Positions 1 through 11,201 of a stretch of DNA of 64,000 bases are shown in pieces. The notes under the pieces are model-generated. The model was not told the DNA's origin. It did no database searches and saw only the letters and a list, made by a program, of their open reading frames with translations. A program made the position numbers and the translations under genes. This stretch comes from Novakomyces olei (taxonomy: Eukaryota): positions 682,001-746,000 of the forward strand of contig JADEYG010000003.1 in assembly GCA_016906335.1 (NCBI GenBank). The letters are read 5' to 3'. Every line of letters starts with the position of its first letter. Within the stretch, counting starts at the first letter, position 1.

Positions 1-533
1 CGAGATATCGCACGGGACGCGTTGAAAGCTGGGAATGAGCGCAAAGCCCGCCGGGCTTTGCGTGCGCGAAGATTTCAAGAGCAGTTATTAATTAAAACGG
101 ACGCGCAGCTTGAAACTTTAGAACAGCTTGTAAGCAGCATAGAGTTTGCGCTTATCGAGAAGGATGTTGTCTTTGGGCTGCGCCAAGGTAACCAAGTGCT
201 CCGGGATTTACAACGAGAGATGTCTTTGAATAATGTGGAAAAATTAATGGATGAGACTGCTGAAGCGCAGGCATATCAAAAGGTAAGTTGGGCTTTTATG
301 GAACCTATCTAAATCAAATCAAGGAGATTGATCAGACATTGCAGTCACAGATAACTGCCGAGGATGACGAGGCTATTGAGGCTGAACTGGCTGAATTGCA
401 ACGGCAACAGGCGTCTGTGCCAGCGATGCCAAATGCGCCCGACCGGAAACCTGTAGTCAAGGAGCCTGAAGCTCAGGAGCCTGAAACTGTAGAGCAAAAT
501 GAAGAGAGAGTGGCGGAGGCAGCTTATGCCTAA
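1..533 (+). CDS. VPS20: ESCRT-III subunit Vps20/CHMP6 (Snf7 family), 5'-truncated by the window edge; 41-nt intron 283-323
   Basis: Translation ...RRFQEQLLIKTDAQLETLEQLVSSIEFALIEKDVVFGL...VEKLMDETAEAQAYQK|EIDQTL...DDEAIEAELAEL is typical of Vps20. A GTAAGT..AAG intron joins ORFs 22..312 and 288..533 in frame. Confidence 0.9.
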
Positions 534-803
534 CAGGCGTGAGAGATCCGATAATTTGCTCTTGAAACCATTTAGGCGGGTTCTGGTAATAAAAGAGCAC
601 CTTTTTAGGACTCTATCTGGTAAAATGTGGCTTGTCTATTGTAATGGACCATCACAAGCCCAATAATTACAATTCAGAGTTGTACAGATTTCTAGTCACC
701 TATTTCAATGAATCAGATAATGGACGAATCAGCTGATTCGTCATGACATTATTGACATTATTTGGCAACACCAAATCATAAGCGCTGCAAAGAAATATCG
801 TCG

Positions 804-1658
804 CTATTGGAATAGATGTGAAAGACGCATTCGTACAGCCTCAAACGAATTCAGTCTCGGCCGTACGTCGAGGAAAAATCCCATTTCACCATTCGGTCCG
901 GGTTTGGCTGTGTAGAAGTCTATTACATAGTCAATTTCAGTGCCGCATCTGTTAATTTTCCAGTCGTGCCGATCGAACGGCAGTTTGTATCCGAGAAAGG
1001 AAAGCATTCGGGCTTTTGGAGTGATCCGCGATGCGTCGCCTTCGAATTTAACCAATTTTGGTCCCCCACACCTGGAAAATTTGTGAGTGGGCATTTACAA
1101 ATTGTGTCGCTACACTGCACATCGTTTCTATACATACCTCTCTGATCCTTGTCCCGTTTCCCAGCGTAGAATTTCCTGCCATGCCCGTTCATTAACAGCA
1201 TTATGGATCGGCACCACTGTCCGCATATCCTTTTCCTTTGGATCCCACTGTTTCCGCCGCATGGCTTCGTAGAACATCTGCTGACTCGGGTAGACCCAGT
1301 GCTCGTCATCGCCCTCAGCGGCTCTGCTATGTGGAGAACTAGATAAGCCATTGCCTTTGTATCTCGGAATAGAAGAAGTTTCTCGCTCAGTGGAAAGCCG
1401 GGATTGCTGTCCGGGAAGCATTCGCTGCTGCGGAGAAGAAGGCATATTGTTATCCTCCGAAATCGTGGGTTCCTGTCTCATCCAAACTGCGCGCGCACTT
1501 GGACTCACTGGGCATTTTGACTCGTCGGCTATAGTTTATTGTAAATAACAAAAACACTGTACAAAATCTGGCGTACATTCGGGAGGGGGAACCGGTTCCC
1601 TCGTGCCCTCAGTCTTGGACGCTTGTTGAGGCGCTTCTGTTTTCCAAAAGAAACCCAT
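804..1658 (-). CDS. Holocytochrome c/c1 synthase (heme lyase, Cyc3/Cyt2 family); introns 1529-1576 and 1072-1137
   Basis: MGFFW start, CPV heme-regulatory motif, WVYPSQQMFYEAMRRK, VPIHNAVNERAWQEI, PFDRHDW, YVIDFY. The CGGPKL motif leans toward the c1-type (Cyt2) paralog. Confidence 0.92.
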
Positions 1659-1965
1659 TTGGCACAGTTGAATTCATATGACGATTATCCACTGAGATTT
1701 GCACAATTTGTATACTGCAAACGAGATGTGAGATAAACGCAGTATATCAAGCATAATTATTTATGGATTCATTAAATATTTGGTCGGATATTTTATGGAT
1801 TCTTTTTATTATTCATTCTTCATTAATCATAATTAAATTATTATTCCTGTTCATGAAATAATAGTTATTTATTCGGCTCTATTCCCATATTGCGATTAAT
1901 TTTGTCCAATTAGTCATTGAATTAAATTAATTCACAAAGCCGTTCGATTAGGCAAAACGCTGTTG

Positions 1966-3174
1966 ATGGCTCTCCAATTCACAGCGGCAGCGCCCGTCAA
2001 CATTGCCGTCATAAAGTATTGGGGCAAACGCGACACTAAACTAAATCTCCCCACCAATTCCTCGCTCAGCGTTACTCTCGATCCACGTGACCTGAAAGCC
2101 TTAACAACTGCGTGTGCTTCACGGCAATACACAAGAGACAAATTAATCCTCAATGGCGCGGAAGACACGCTGGGCGCTCGTGCACAAGCTTGTCTGGCCA
2201 CTCTAAGGCAGTGGCGACGTGAATTGGAGGCTCGTGACGGTACTCTGAAGCCAATTGCTGATCTGCATCTTTTATTAGTGTCAAAGAACAATTTCCCAAC
2301 TGCCGCCGGCCTGGCTTCTTCCGCAGCCGGTTTTGCCGCTCTGGTTGCAAGTGTGGCTGGGCTCTACGCTCTGCCACACTCTCCAGAGCAGCTCAGTGCG
2401 GTTGCCCGCCAGGGCTCTGGATCGGCCTGCCGTTCACTACTAGGAGGCTATGTTGCCTGGGATATGGGCACGAATGGATCAGATTCGTTAGCGCGGCAAG
2501 TGCTGCCCGCTAAAGATTGGTCAGGCATGCGGGCGGCTATTCTTGTCGTCTCTGACGCGAAAAAGGCCGTTTCTTCTACCGCAGGAATGCAAGCAACAGT
2601 CGCCACGTCGCCGCTATTCCAACACCGCATTTCTCACGTCGTTCCTCAGCGTATGCAAGCAATGCAACAAGCCATTGAGGCACGTGATTTTGCGACTTTT
2701 GCAGAGTTGACAATGACGGATTCTAATGACTTTCACGCCTGCTGCCTCGACACTTTTCCCCCTATTTTTTACATGAATGATACAAGTCGCGCAATTGTGC
2801 GCCTAGTGCATGAATTGAACAGAGTCCACGGCTCTGCCATCGCGGCTTACACTTTTGATGCGGGACCTAATGCAGTTATTTACTACCAGGAAGCTAATGA
2901 AGGCCCAGTATTGAGTGCGCTGGTACGTGCTACTGGGGACACGGTTCCCGGCTGGTCATCTGTTTCTGCAGCTCTGTCACAGGATCTGGGCGCTGCAAAG
3001 CCTGCGCAAGACTGTGAGTCTAGTCTCCTGTCTAATTCGCAGTCCAAAGATATCCCGGACACCGTTTTCACCGCTGTGAGAGGAGGAGTATCCCGGGTTA
3101 TTCTGACACGGGTGGGTGAAGGGGCGCACCCAGAACCGGACTCGCTCATCAATTCTGATGGGGAGCCATTATAA
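1966..3174 (+). CDS. MVD1: Diphosphomevalonate decarboxylase, intronless
   Basis: APVNIAVIKYWGKRD, NNFPTAAGLASSAAG, ARQGSGSACRS and AYTFDAGPNAV motifs. Confidence 0.97.
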   Translation: MALQFTAAAPVNIAVIKYWGKRDTKLNLPTNSSLSVTLDPRDLKALTTACASRQYTRDKLILNGAEDTLGARAQACLATLRQWRRELEARDGTLKPIADLHLLLVSKNNFPTAAGLASSAAGFAALVASVAGLYALPHSPEQLSAVARQGSGSACRSLLGGYVAWDMGTNGSDSLARQVLPAKDWSGMRAAILVVSDAKKAVSSTAGMQATVATSPLFQHRISHVVPQRMQAMQQAIEARDFATFAELTMTDSNDFHACCLDTFPPIFYMNDTSRAIVRLVHELNRVHGSAIAAYTFDAGPNAVIYYQEANEGPVLSALVRATGDTVPGWSSVSAALSQDLGAAKPAQDCESSLLSNSQSKDIPDTVFTAVRGGVSRVILTRVGEGAHPEPDSLINSDGEPL

Positions 3175-3616
3175 CCGTAAAGCAGGTTGTTGCAAATAAA
3201 AATTAATCGTAGAAGCTTGGGAATAATCATGGGCAACGAATTGCCTTGGAAATTTAAGTAGAGTCTTAAAAATTGATATTATATTTTTGTAAACGTCTGA
3301 GCATTGCTAAATTTGACTAAAAAGTGTAACCCAAAGGGCTTTAGTGGCAGCCTGGTTCGATTCATACCCGTACCCGCAACATTCTTGCTGGGTGTATTTT
3401 AAATTTCTTCATTTCTCTATTAATTTTATAATTTTAAAAGCCTAAAAGCCAGCAAACCCCTTTACAGCTGGTTCGTGTTTGCTGACATATAAAAACGCTT
3501 GTTGACTCGGCACAGGAATGGCCTGGAGTGGTACATATTTAATTATCGCTATCCCGCACTGAGGAACTATATAGCGCTCAGCACATTATCGTAATTAACT
3601 GCGGGCCAATCGGCAA

Positions 3617-3875
3617 TTAGAGCAAGCCGGCCTTGTACTGGTGGTAAACCATGACGAAGAATGGCAATCCGAGGCCAACGACGGTCAACGAGCTGATGAC
3701 TGCACCATTGACAAACTTTGATCGGGCGTTCCACGGAAGGTTGTAGCGCGGGCCTTCTTTATAATGAGGGTTAGCCTCGCTCATTACGCGGGCACTATCA
3801 GCGTCAGCGGATTAGCTTCAATTGAAAATCTTACGACCGGTGGAAGGCACGACGGAAGATCATGGCAGACGACAT
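3617..3875 (-). CDS. COX8: Cytochrome c oxidase subunit VIIc (yeast Cox8), 72 aa; exons 3875-3835 and 3794-3617. Not in the ORF track
   Basis: Spliced product MSSAMIFRRAFHRSARVMSEANPHYKEGPRYNLPWNARSKFVNGAVISSLTVVGLGLPFFVMVYHQYKAGLL has a presequence, the COX7C-type HYxEGPxxNLP motif and one TM helix. 40-nt GTAAGA..CTGAC..TAG intron. Confidence 0.88.
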
Positions 3876-4311
3876 TCTAACGGGTCTCGAAATGGGTTTC
3901 TTTTAATCGAGATGGGCAGTTGTTTGTATGATTATATTCGATTTGATTGAATGCGCTAAGCATACTTTAAGCCTGTTACAAGTATTCTGTGCCTGCTGTG
4001 AGCATTGCTTGAATTGCATGATTGTTTGTGTAATAATGAAAATTAAACCTGTTCTATTATACTGGAGCTCTTCCGAATTGTCCCCTATAGTATTGTTATT
4101 ACCGTGGATTAATACGGCTGGAAATATTTAGAGAGCACAACTCATTTGTCGGGTCATTTAGAAATTATTTTCACGCTTGCGAGAAGCCATCAATGAACAA
4201 TCTACAAAAGTGAAAAAGTAGCAACAGATTGAGAGTGACATAAACAAAAAACAGATATAATTCGTTTAGACAAAATGGATACAGACGATATTGATGATGA
4301 AAAAATAAATA

Positions 4312-4403
4312 TGGACTAGGGGGGAATTGAACCCCCGACCTCATGTAGATCCGGACAATTTATCCAATGCGAAACATGCGCGCTACCCCTGCGCTACTAG
4401 CCC
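4312..4403 (-). tRNA. tRNA-Ala(CGC) with a 20-nt intron after position 37
   Basis: Acceptor stem GGGCTAG/CTAGTCC with G3:U70 Ala identity pair. Anticodon stem CATGT/ACATG around TT-CGC-A. T-arm GGGGGTTCAATTCCCCC. Downstream oligo-T terminator. Confidence 0.95.
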
Positions 4404-4542
4404 GATTCTTATGAGCCATTTGGCAAGACATTAATTAAAAATTGAAAAGTTTTTTGTATATATACCATTAGGCTAGTGCTATATCGGTATTCCGTCAATT
4501 AATACATGAACAATAATTTTCCGATTTGTCTTCAACTACGCA

Positions 4543-5549
4543 ATGACTCAGTTACACGAAATGGCTATCAAAGAAAAGCAGGCCAATCTGCCTGATCCTG
4601 ACCTTATCAAGCTTATTATCGTAAACCGCTGAATATATTTTGTGCCAATGACTAACGCGTATCATCAAGTCGGATGTGGATGGAACGCTTTTGGACTCAC
4701 ATCACAACTTGCACCCGCGCACGTTCCGTGCCCTCAAGTACCTTCGCAAAACCCGACCGTCGCTACCGATTATAATTGCCACAGGCAAGCAGCGTTCGGC
4801 TGTCGGGAATATTCGTGACCCTCTGCAATTGGAGCATTTTCCAGCAAGCCATCTCAACGGCAACGTGATTTATTCGGAGAAGGATACAATTCTACAGCAG
4901 ACGGCACTAGAGCCAAATACCGTATTAAATGTTCTAGAAAGGTTTAAGGAGTTTCCGCAAGTCTGTATCGTTGTTTATGATCAAGATCAGGTGTACACTG
5001 TCCAGCCCGGTAGTGAATCCGATGGTTGGGCGGCAAAGCTCGCTGGCTATGGAGAAAAGTTTGACGACCAACTAGAGCCGGCCGAAATTGTTGAGCGTAT
5101 CAAGAGAGGAACACTCACCCCGGTCAAAATGGCAGTCAATGACAAGCCTGACCGCTTGGATGGTATGATTTAGAGCAAATTAAATAAAGTATATGCTAAT
5201 TGTAGATTTGCGCCTGATCTTGGGCGAGTTCCCTAAGCACAGTTTTGCGCAGACTCAGGCGCTTCCGTTTTGTATTGAGCTGATTCCTGCCGAGTCGAAC
5301 AAGGGTACGGCGCTTACTGCTTTGCTTGAAAAGCTTTATCCCAGCACGAAGGCGGGAGAAGTTTTATCGTTTGGTGACGGAGAAAACGATATCAGCATGT
5401 TCCGTGTTGCCGGCTGGTCTGTCGGCATGATCAGTGGGATGGAGATTGCCAAGCAGGAAGCACGTGGCCTTTCACGTCTTGGTAATGATGAAGGAGGTGT
5501 TGGAGAGGTTTTGGAACGTATATTCAGCATTCCCTCCGATTTTAAATAA
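4543..5549 (+). CDS. Cof-like HAD hydrolase (subfamily IIB); introns 4621-4669 and 5163-5205
   Basis: IKLII|SDVDGTLLD (motif I DxDGT), IIATGK, IELIPAESNKGTAL, FGDGENDISMF, NDEGGV. Confidence 0.9.
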
Positions 5550-6107
5550 GCTGCCGGCCTGTTTGTCCACAAGGACTGATTTTGGTTTAAGGCTAGTTTT
5601 CACAATTGCCGACGATCATGGCGCAAGGCAAGATTTGATGCGAATAGACTAGATAAAAATTGTAGATTACGCTATGCGAAGGGTTGTTTCAATTACAATG
5701 TCTATAGCACGAAGTAGCGGCCGTCGTATCACAAATGTAAATCATATATTTAATTTAATAAGCTTTGTTTCAATGCCGTCAATAACGTAAAAGGCGGCAT
5801 CATTATATTTTGAACGGAGTCTATTGGAAGCACAATTTGAAGAAGTTTCTCAAGCACCTCTCAAACCATTCATAATGGGATTTGTTTTAATGTCTCACGT
5901 TGATAAACGATGGTGTAAAAATTATCAATGATACAGAAAAAATCTCCTAAATATACTAAAATAGTAGAGCTACTGTCTACAGGCCAAACTCTCCCAGTAC
6001 TTGTAAATGACAATTAGTCCGTTGCTCAAAACACAAATCTGAACTGCATAAAGTAGTCCTATTCGTTATGCTGTCCGCCTTTAATATGATTGTAATATCG
6101 ATATAAT

Positions 6108-7183
6108 CACGTGCACGTGCTCTAGTTGTCGCCGAATTTCCAAGTAATTAATAGATTTTTAGTCGGATCATTCAATCTTCTAGAAGATAACATCATAAAT
6201 TTTCTTTATCATTTCCTCTAACGTTTGTCGTTTCGTGCACGTGCCAAAGAACCAGCGTGGGCTTTGCTTGTGTACGTTGAATTGAGAGACTAGTACAAGT
6301 TTATGCGAATATTGCTTTTACGTATCTGCCAGATTTATTAATTATCATCGTAATAGATCATCGTAATAGATGGACACAGTTCAATGGCCACTTGAGCAGC
6401 ACCAAAGATCCCGAGGCAACCGCCGCGTATCCCTCTTTCTCGGCCAATTAATCGGTCTCTTATCATGAACTGGCCGAGAATGCCAAGACTCAGGTCGCAC
6501 GCGTTTGATAAGTCTAAAACATTTATGGCCAAGATAGACGATATTTGGGATAGCACACGGCGCCCAGCAAAATGCAATATACACAGGACGGTCTATCAAG
6601 CCTCTTCATTGACGCTGCTGTTGTTCACTAATATGTTCGCGCAGTTCTAATGCAAGAATTATCTATAGTCTACCAGTTTCATGTGTAACCATATAATATA
6701 TATATATACTGAATATAACTTGCAAACATTGATTCACTTTTGAACTATCTCACAGCATTAATCTGGGAAATTGATCGAATCAAGTTCTATTTGGTTTCAT
6801 GGGTACATAGTCCCATTGCGGAATAATACAAGACGTAAGCGTCAACGTATGGCTTTAAATAGCGTAGAAACTTCCTTTCATAATGCGCCAGTAAAACGTT
6901 GTGTTTTGTCTTATAATTATTCTTTTCTACTTAATTCCTGCACGTGATTTGATATAGTATTGGCTTCTATACTAAGCCACAATGACGCAACAAGTCTCGG
7001 CAAGTTCTCAGCGAACCAATCATCGGGGCGCGTCTAGTAAGCGTACGCGAATAGGCGAACCTGCAGTGATTCGCTTGAAGCCGAGTTCACTGTGCGCACA
7101 CCATCTTCCGCATGTGTATATATAGCGATCGTTCCCCACAGTTTTGTATAATAAATATTTTCTGTTCGCCGCTGTGCACGTGC
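6108..7183. promoter_or_regulatory. Cluster of five CACGTG E-boxes upstream of the ENA ATPase
   Basis: CACGTG at 6108, 6114, 6238, 6941 and 7177. Three lie within the identical decamer GTGCACGTGC. Confidence 0.5.
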
Positions 7184-7456
7184 TCACGCGATACACAATT
7201 ACCTTTATCTCGTGTGTTTTTGAGCTTGGGAAAATTTTAATTTGGTGGTGTAATAAGCTTTGACTTTATAATTACTGGTGCAAATACGAACGAAGTGCTC
7301 TGTCATCAGAACTTTGTGTCAAAATCTATTACCTCAAATCTTTCGTTCTTTCCCCTCGCATATTGAATATACCTGTGGCAGATTAAGCCACAGCTTCAGC
7401 ACCTTCTGCCAAAACGACTCTACAGCGGCAAAGCCAGTACCGTTCCCGCAAAGGCG

Positions 7457-10400
7457 ATGGCTAGAGACGCCTCATCTGGAACTGTATCTCTCCATACCGA
7501 ACAAACTAGGATTTTTGCAGAGAAAGCTGCCTATCTACAGACGGTAGAAGAGGTGAATGCAGCTTTGCAAACTGACGTTAAATATGGGCTTTCTCCCGAA
7601 GAAGCAGCTTTACGCTTGGAACAGTACGGCGCTAATTCTCTAGAAGAGGAAGATCATGTTTCGTGGTACTCTATTCTTTTACGGCAGGTGGCCAACGCAA
7701 TGGTGATTGTGCTTATCGCCGCGATGGCCGTATCCTTTGGCGTTCGCTCCTGGATCGAAGGCGGATTTGTCCTTGTCGTGATCGGACTCAACGTTTTTGT
7801 AGGGTTTTTCCAAGAACTCAAGGCGGAGCGTCATATGAACTCGTTGCGCTCGCTAGCATCCTCTTCTGCTATAGTTATCCGCGGCGGAACTGAGCGAGAA
7901 GTCGACGCAACGGAACTCGTTCCCGGAGACGTTGTCGTCATCCGCACGGGAGATACAGTTCCCGCTGATTTACGTATTGCAGAGTCTGTTAATTTGGAAA
8001 CAGACGAGGCTCTGCTCACGGGCGAGTCGCTCCCCGTGGCCAAACAGCCGGATGTCGAATTTGAAAGCGAGGATGTCCCCGTCGGCGACAGAATCAATTT
8101 GGCCTTTTCCTCTTCCACCGTCACAAAAGGCCGTGGCATTGGAATCGTAGTGTTTACTGGTATGTCTACAGAGATTGGAGCAATTGCTGCCTCCATGCGG
8201 GCACAGACCGCGAGTAAACGTACCCTCGACCGTAACGAACATGGATCGCTGAAATGGTACGCGTATCCAAAAATTTGGGTACTAAATGCGGCAGACACGC
8301 TGGGCCAGATCCTGGGTGTTAACGTGGGGACTCCATTGCACCGCAAACTGGCCATGCTGGCCATTATACTCCTCATTTTTGCCCTTATTTCTGCCCTAAT
8401 TGTGTTTGCTGTGAACGATTTTACGGGTAAAACACCCGTGGTTATTTACGCAACTGCAACTGCACTCTCCATGATCCCTGCTTCACTTTTAGCTGTGCTT
8501 ACAATTACAATGGCAGCAGGGTCAAAGGCAATGCTCAGACGTAATGTTATCGTCAGGAAACTCGATGCCTTGGAGGCCCTAGGGGCAGTAACGGATATTT
8601 GCTCCGACAAGACGGGTACTTTGACGCAGGGCAAGATGGTAGCCCGCAAAGCCTGGCTCATTGGTATCGGCACTTTTTCCGTGGGAGAATCTTCCTCGCC
8701 TTTTGATCCAACGGGTGCCAGTATTGCCTTTGAGGAGGCGGACGCAACTGTTGTAGTGCCCAAACCGCACGGGACACTGAAGCGACAGGAAAATGAGCCA
8801 ACTGCTTTCCTGAATGAAGACGTTGAAGAGTACATGAAACCTGCGGCTATGGCAAACCTGGCTAATGTGTTTTGGAGCGACGAGGCTCAAGAATGGGTGG
8901 CTACTGGCGATCCCACAGAGATTGCTATCCAGGTCTTTACTTACCGGTTCAAACGACCGCGTAGTTATTACACCGAAGCCAAAAGCGAAACGGAAAAGGC
9001 CAAGTGGGCTCAGTTGGCAGAGTACCCCTTTGACTCTGACGTAAAACGAATGTCTGTTCTCTTCCGTGAAGAGGAGACTAACCGTGTCGCTGCCTTTATG
9101 AAGGGAGCAGTTGAACGTATCCTCGATGCCTGCACAACCGCCGGGCCAGACCGGGTCCCTATGGACGACAGAATGCGTGAACGTGTACTCCGAAATATGG
9201 AAGTAATCGCCTCGAAGGGACTTCGCTGTCTGGCCATTGCTTCACGTGATCTACCAAGTGACAAGGACTACTCTTCACAGCACCCGCCAGCGCGTAAAGA
9301 CGTTGAGCGCGAAATGAACCTTAAAGGCCTTATCGGCCTCTACGATCCGCCTCGACTTGAATCTGCTCCAGCTGTCGCTGTATGTAAATCTGCTGGTATC
9401 GCAGTCCACATGCTGACGGGCGATCACCCCGGAACAGCCAAGAGCATTGCTCAAGAGATCGGAATCTTGCCACGCAATTTGGAAGAATTGGGAGCGGAGA
9501 CAGCTTCGCAATTGATCATGACAGCCACAGAGTTTGATAAACTCAGTGAGGCCGAGATTGATGCCCGTAAATTTCTTCCGGCGGTTATTGCTCGATGTGC
9601 GCCTCAGACTAAAGTTCGCATGATTGAAGCGTTGCATAGACGCAAAAAGTTTTGTGCAATGACGGGCGATGGTGTAAATGATTCCCCCTCTCTGAAGAGA
9701 GCAGATATCGGAATTGCTATGGGCAAAGCGGGCAGCGATGTGGCCAAAGACGCTTCTGATCTTATTCTAACCGACGACAATTTTGCTTCCATCACGAAAG
9801 CCGTAAGGGAGGGCCGTCGTATGTTTGATAATATCAAGAAATTTGTGCTGCATTTGCTGGCTGGCAACGTGGCTCAAGCCTTGTATCTGCTGATCGGGCT
9901 CGTCTTCAAGGACAGGAACAATGAGTCTGTCTTTCCAATTGCTCCTGTTGAAATTCTGTGGATTATCATGGTTTGCCAGTCACTACCAGCCATGGGTTTA
10001 GGCTTTGAGAGAGGCGCTCACGATATTATGAACAGGCCTCCCCACAATTTGAAACGAGGTGTCTTTACCATTGAAGTCGTACTGGACATGTTTGCCTATG
10101 GCATTATAATGGCAGCCCTATGTCTCGCTGGCTTTGTTACCGTAATCTTTGGCTACAACGGCGGTGAGCTCGGAGCCGACTGCAATGATAGCTATAGCGC
10201 TGTTTGCAATCCTGTTTACAGGGCACGCGCCACCACGTTTTCCCAGTTGACAGTGTTCCTGTTGCTGCTGGCTTGGGAACTGATTGATTTCCGTCGTTCC
10301 ATCTTTTGGGCCGACCCGGAATCGTCGTATGGTTACTGGCAAGTCTTCCACTATATGTGGCGCAACAAGATGCTCTTCTACTCTATCGTGGCCGGACTCG

Positions 10401-10747
10401 TAAGCATTTTGCCCGTTATATATATACCCGTTATCAATCACTCTGTTTTCAGACACGCTCCAATCGACTGGGAGTGGTCTATTGTTTTTGCTTCAATTTT
10501 CTTTTTTATGAACGGCTGTGAGCTGTGGAAATGGACTAAGCGTGTACTTATCCGGCGCTTCAACCTCGATCCGCCTCCCGCACAGGCGGGCGACTGGTGG
10601 CATTTGGAGGGCCTTGAAAAGCGAACGCGTACACTTTCTTTTGCCAAGATTGCTTCCTTTGCCCGGTCGGATCGATCATTTGCCCGGTCGGATCGGTCAA
10701 ACAACGCCAGCCGTAACCGCAGCCGACACGATATTAGCGCTGTATAG
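7457..10747 (+). CDS. ENA1: P-type ATPase, type IID Na+/K+ efflux pump (ENA/Cta3 family), intronless
   Basis: TGES, DICSDKTGTLT, MKGAVE, DPPR, MLTGD, MTGDGVNDSPSL. ENA-type GTPLHRKL and SMIPASL segments. Confidence 0.95.
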   Translation: MARDASSGTVSLHTEQTRIFAEKAAYLQTVEEVNAALQTDVKYGLSPEEAALRLEQYGANSLEEEDHVSWYSILLRQVANAMVIVLIAAMAVSFGVRSWIEGGFVLVVIGLNVFVGFFQELKAERHMNSLRSLASSSAIVIRGGTEREVDATELVPGDVVVIRTGDTVPADLRIAESVNLETDEALLTGESLPVAKQPDVEFESEDVPVGDRINLAFSSSTVTKGRGIGIVVFTGMSTEIGAIAASMRAQTASKRTLDRNEHGSLKWYAYPKIWVLNAADTLGQILGVNVGTPLHRKLAMLAIILLIFALISALIVFAVNDFTGKTPVVIYATATALSMIPASLLAVLTITMAAGSKAMLRRNVIVRKLDALEALGAVTDICSDKTGTLTQGKMVARKAWLIGIGTFSVGESSSPFDPTGASIAFEEADATVVVPKPHGTLKRQENEPTAFLNEDVEEYMKPAAMANLANVFWSDEAQEWVATGDPTEIAIQVFTYRFKRPRSYYTEAKSETEKAKWAQLAEYPFDSDVKRMSVLFREEETNRVAAFMKGAVERILDACTTAGPDRVPMDDRMRERVLRNMEVIASKGLRCLAIASRDLPSDKDYSSQHPPARKDVEREMNLKGLIGLYDPPRLESAPAVAVCKSAGIAVHMLTGDHPGTAKSIAQEIGILPRNLEELGAETASQLIMTATEFDKLSEAEIDARKFLPAVIARCAPQTKVRMIEALHRRKKFCAMTGDGVNDSPSLKRADIGIAMGKAGSDVAKDASDLILTDDNFASITKAVREGRRMFDNIKKFVLHLLAGNVAQALYLLIGLVFKDRNNESVFPIAPVEILWIIMVCQSLPAMGLGFERGAHDIMNRPPHNLKRGVFTIEVVLDMFAYGIIMAALCLAGFVTVIFGYNGGELGADCNDSYSAVCNPVYRARATTFSQLTVFLLLLAWELIDFRRSIFWADPESSYGYWQVFHYMWRNKMLFYSIVAGLVSILPVIYIPVINHSVFRHAPIDWEWSIVFASIFFFMNGCELWKWTKRVLIRRFNLDPPPAQAGDWWHLEGLEKRTRTLSFAKIASFARSDRSFARSDRSNNASRNRSRHDISAV

Positions 10748-11201
10748 TTTTCACATTTATTTCGATAGAAAGGCCATTCATCATGGTTGATGCTGATTGC
10801 GGCCTCGAGTACCGGCAACTGCTCCGACCTGTATTATATGTAATAAAATACAACAAATATTTTAATATTAAACTTTATCTTTTTCAATAGCAGACAGCTG
10901 TCAACTGCCATCTATTTCCGCACACCAAACCCTTTATGATTTTTCCGGCTGTGCGCACAGAAAGCACCGTACCCTTTAAGAAATAGAGGCTGGCTACTAA
11001 ACGCGAGCAAGAAATATTACCGTAGCATTACTTGTGATATTATTTCATAAACCAATAAATGTTAGGGTTAGGATTTATAACTTGAGGATTCGGATCGCTG
11101 GTATAGGCGCTCTACATAATATATTATAAATAAAATCTCTATATACATCTAAACCTGCCTAGATCAGTGATATCACAGCTCGCGGCCGCAGACTTGACGA
11201 G

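Noticed and set aside
6338-6650. Short ORFs in the ENA upstream region, including a 13-bp tandem duplication near 6344-6371
   Set aside because: No family motifs and no coherent spliced model. Treated as promoter sequence.
7663-10818. Many antisense or alternate-frame ORFs over ENA (likewise over SDH1, PUF6, the ArAE gene and DHR2)
   Set aside because: Shadow ORFs of real coding sequence with no recognisable motifs.
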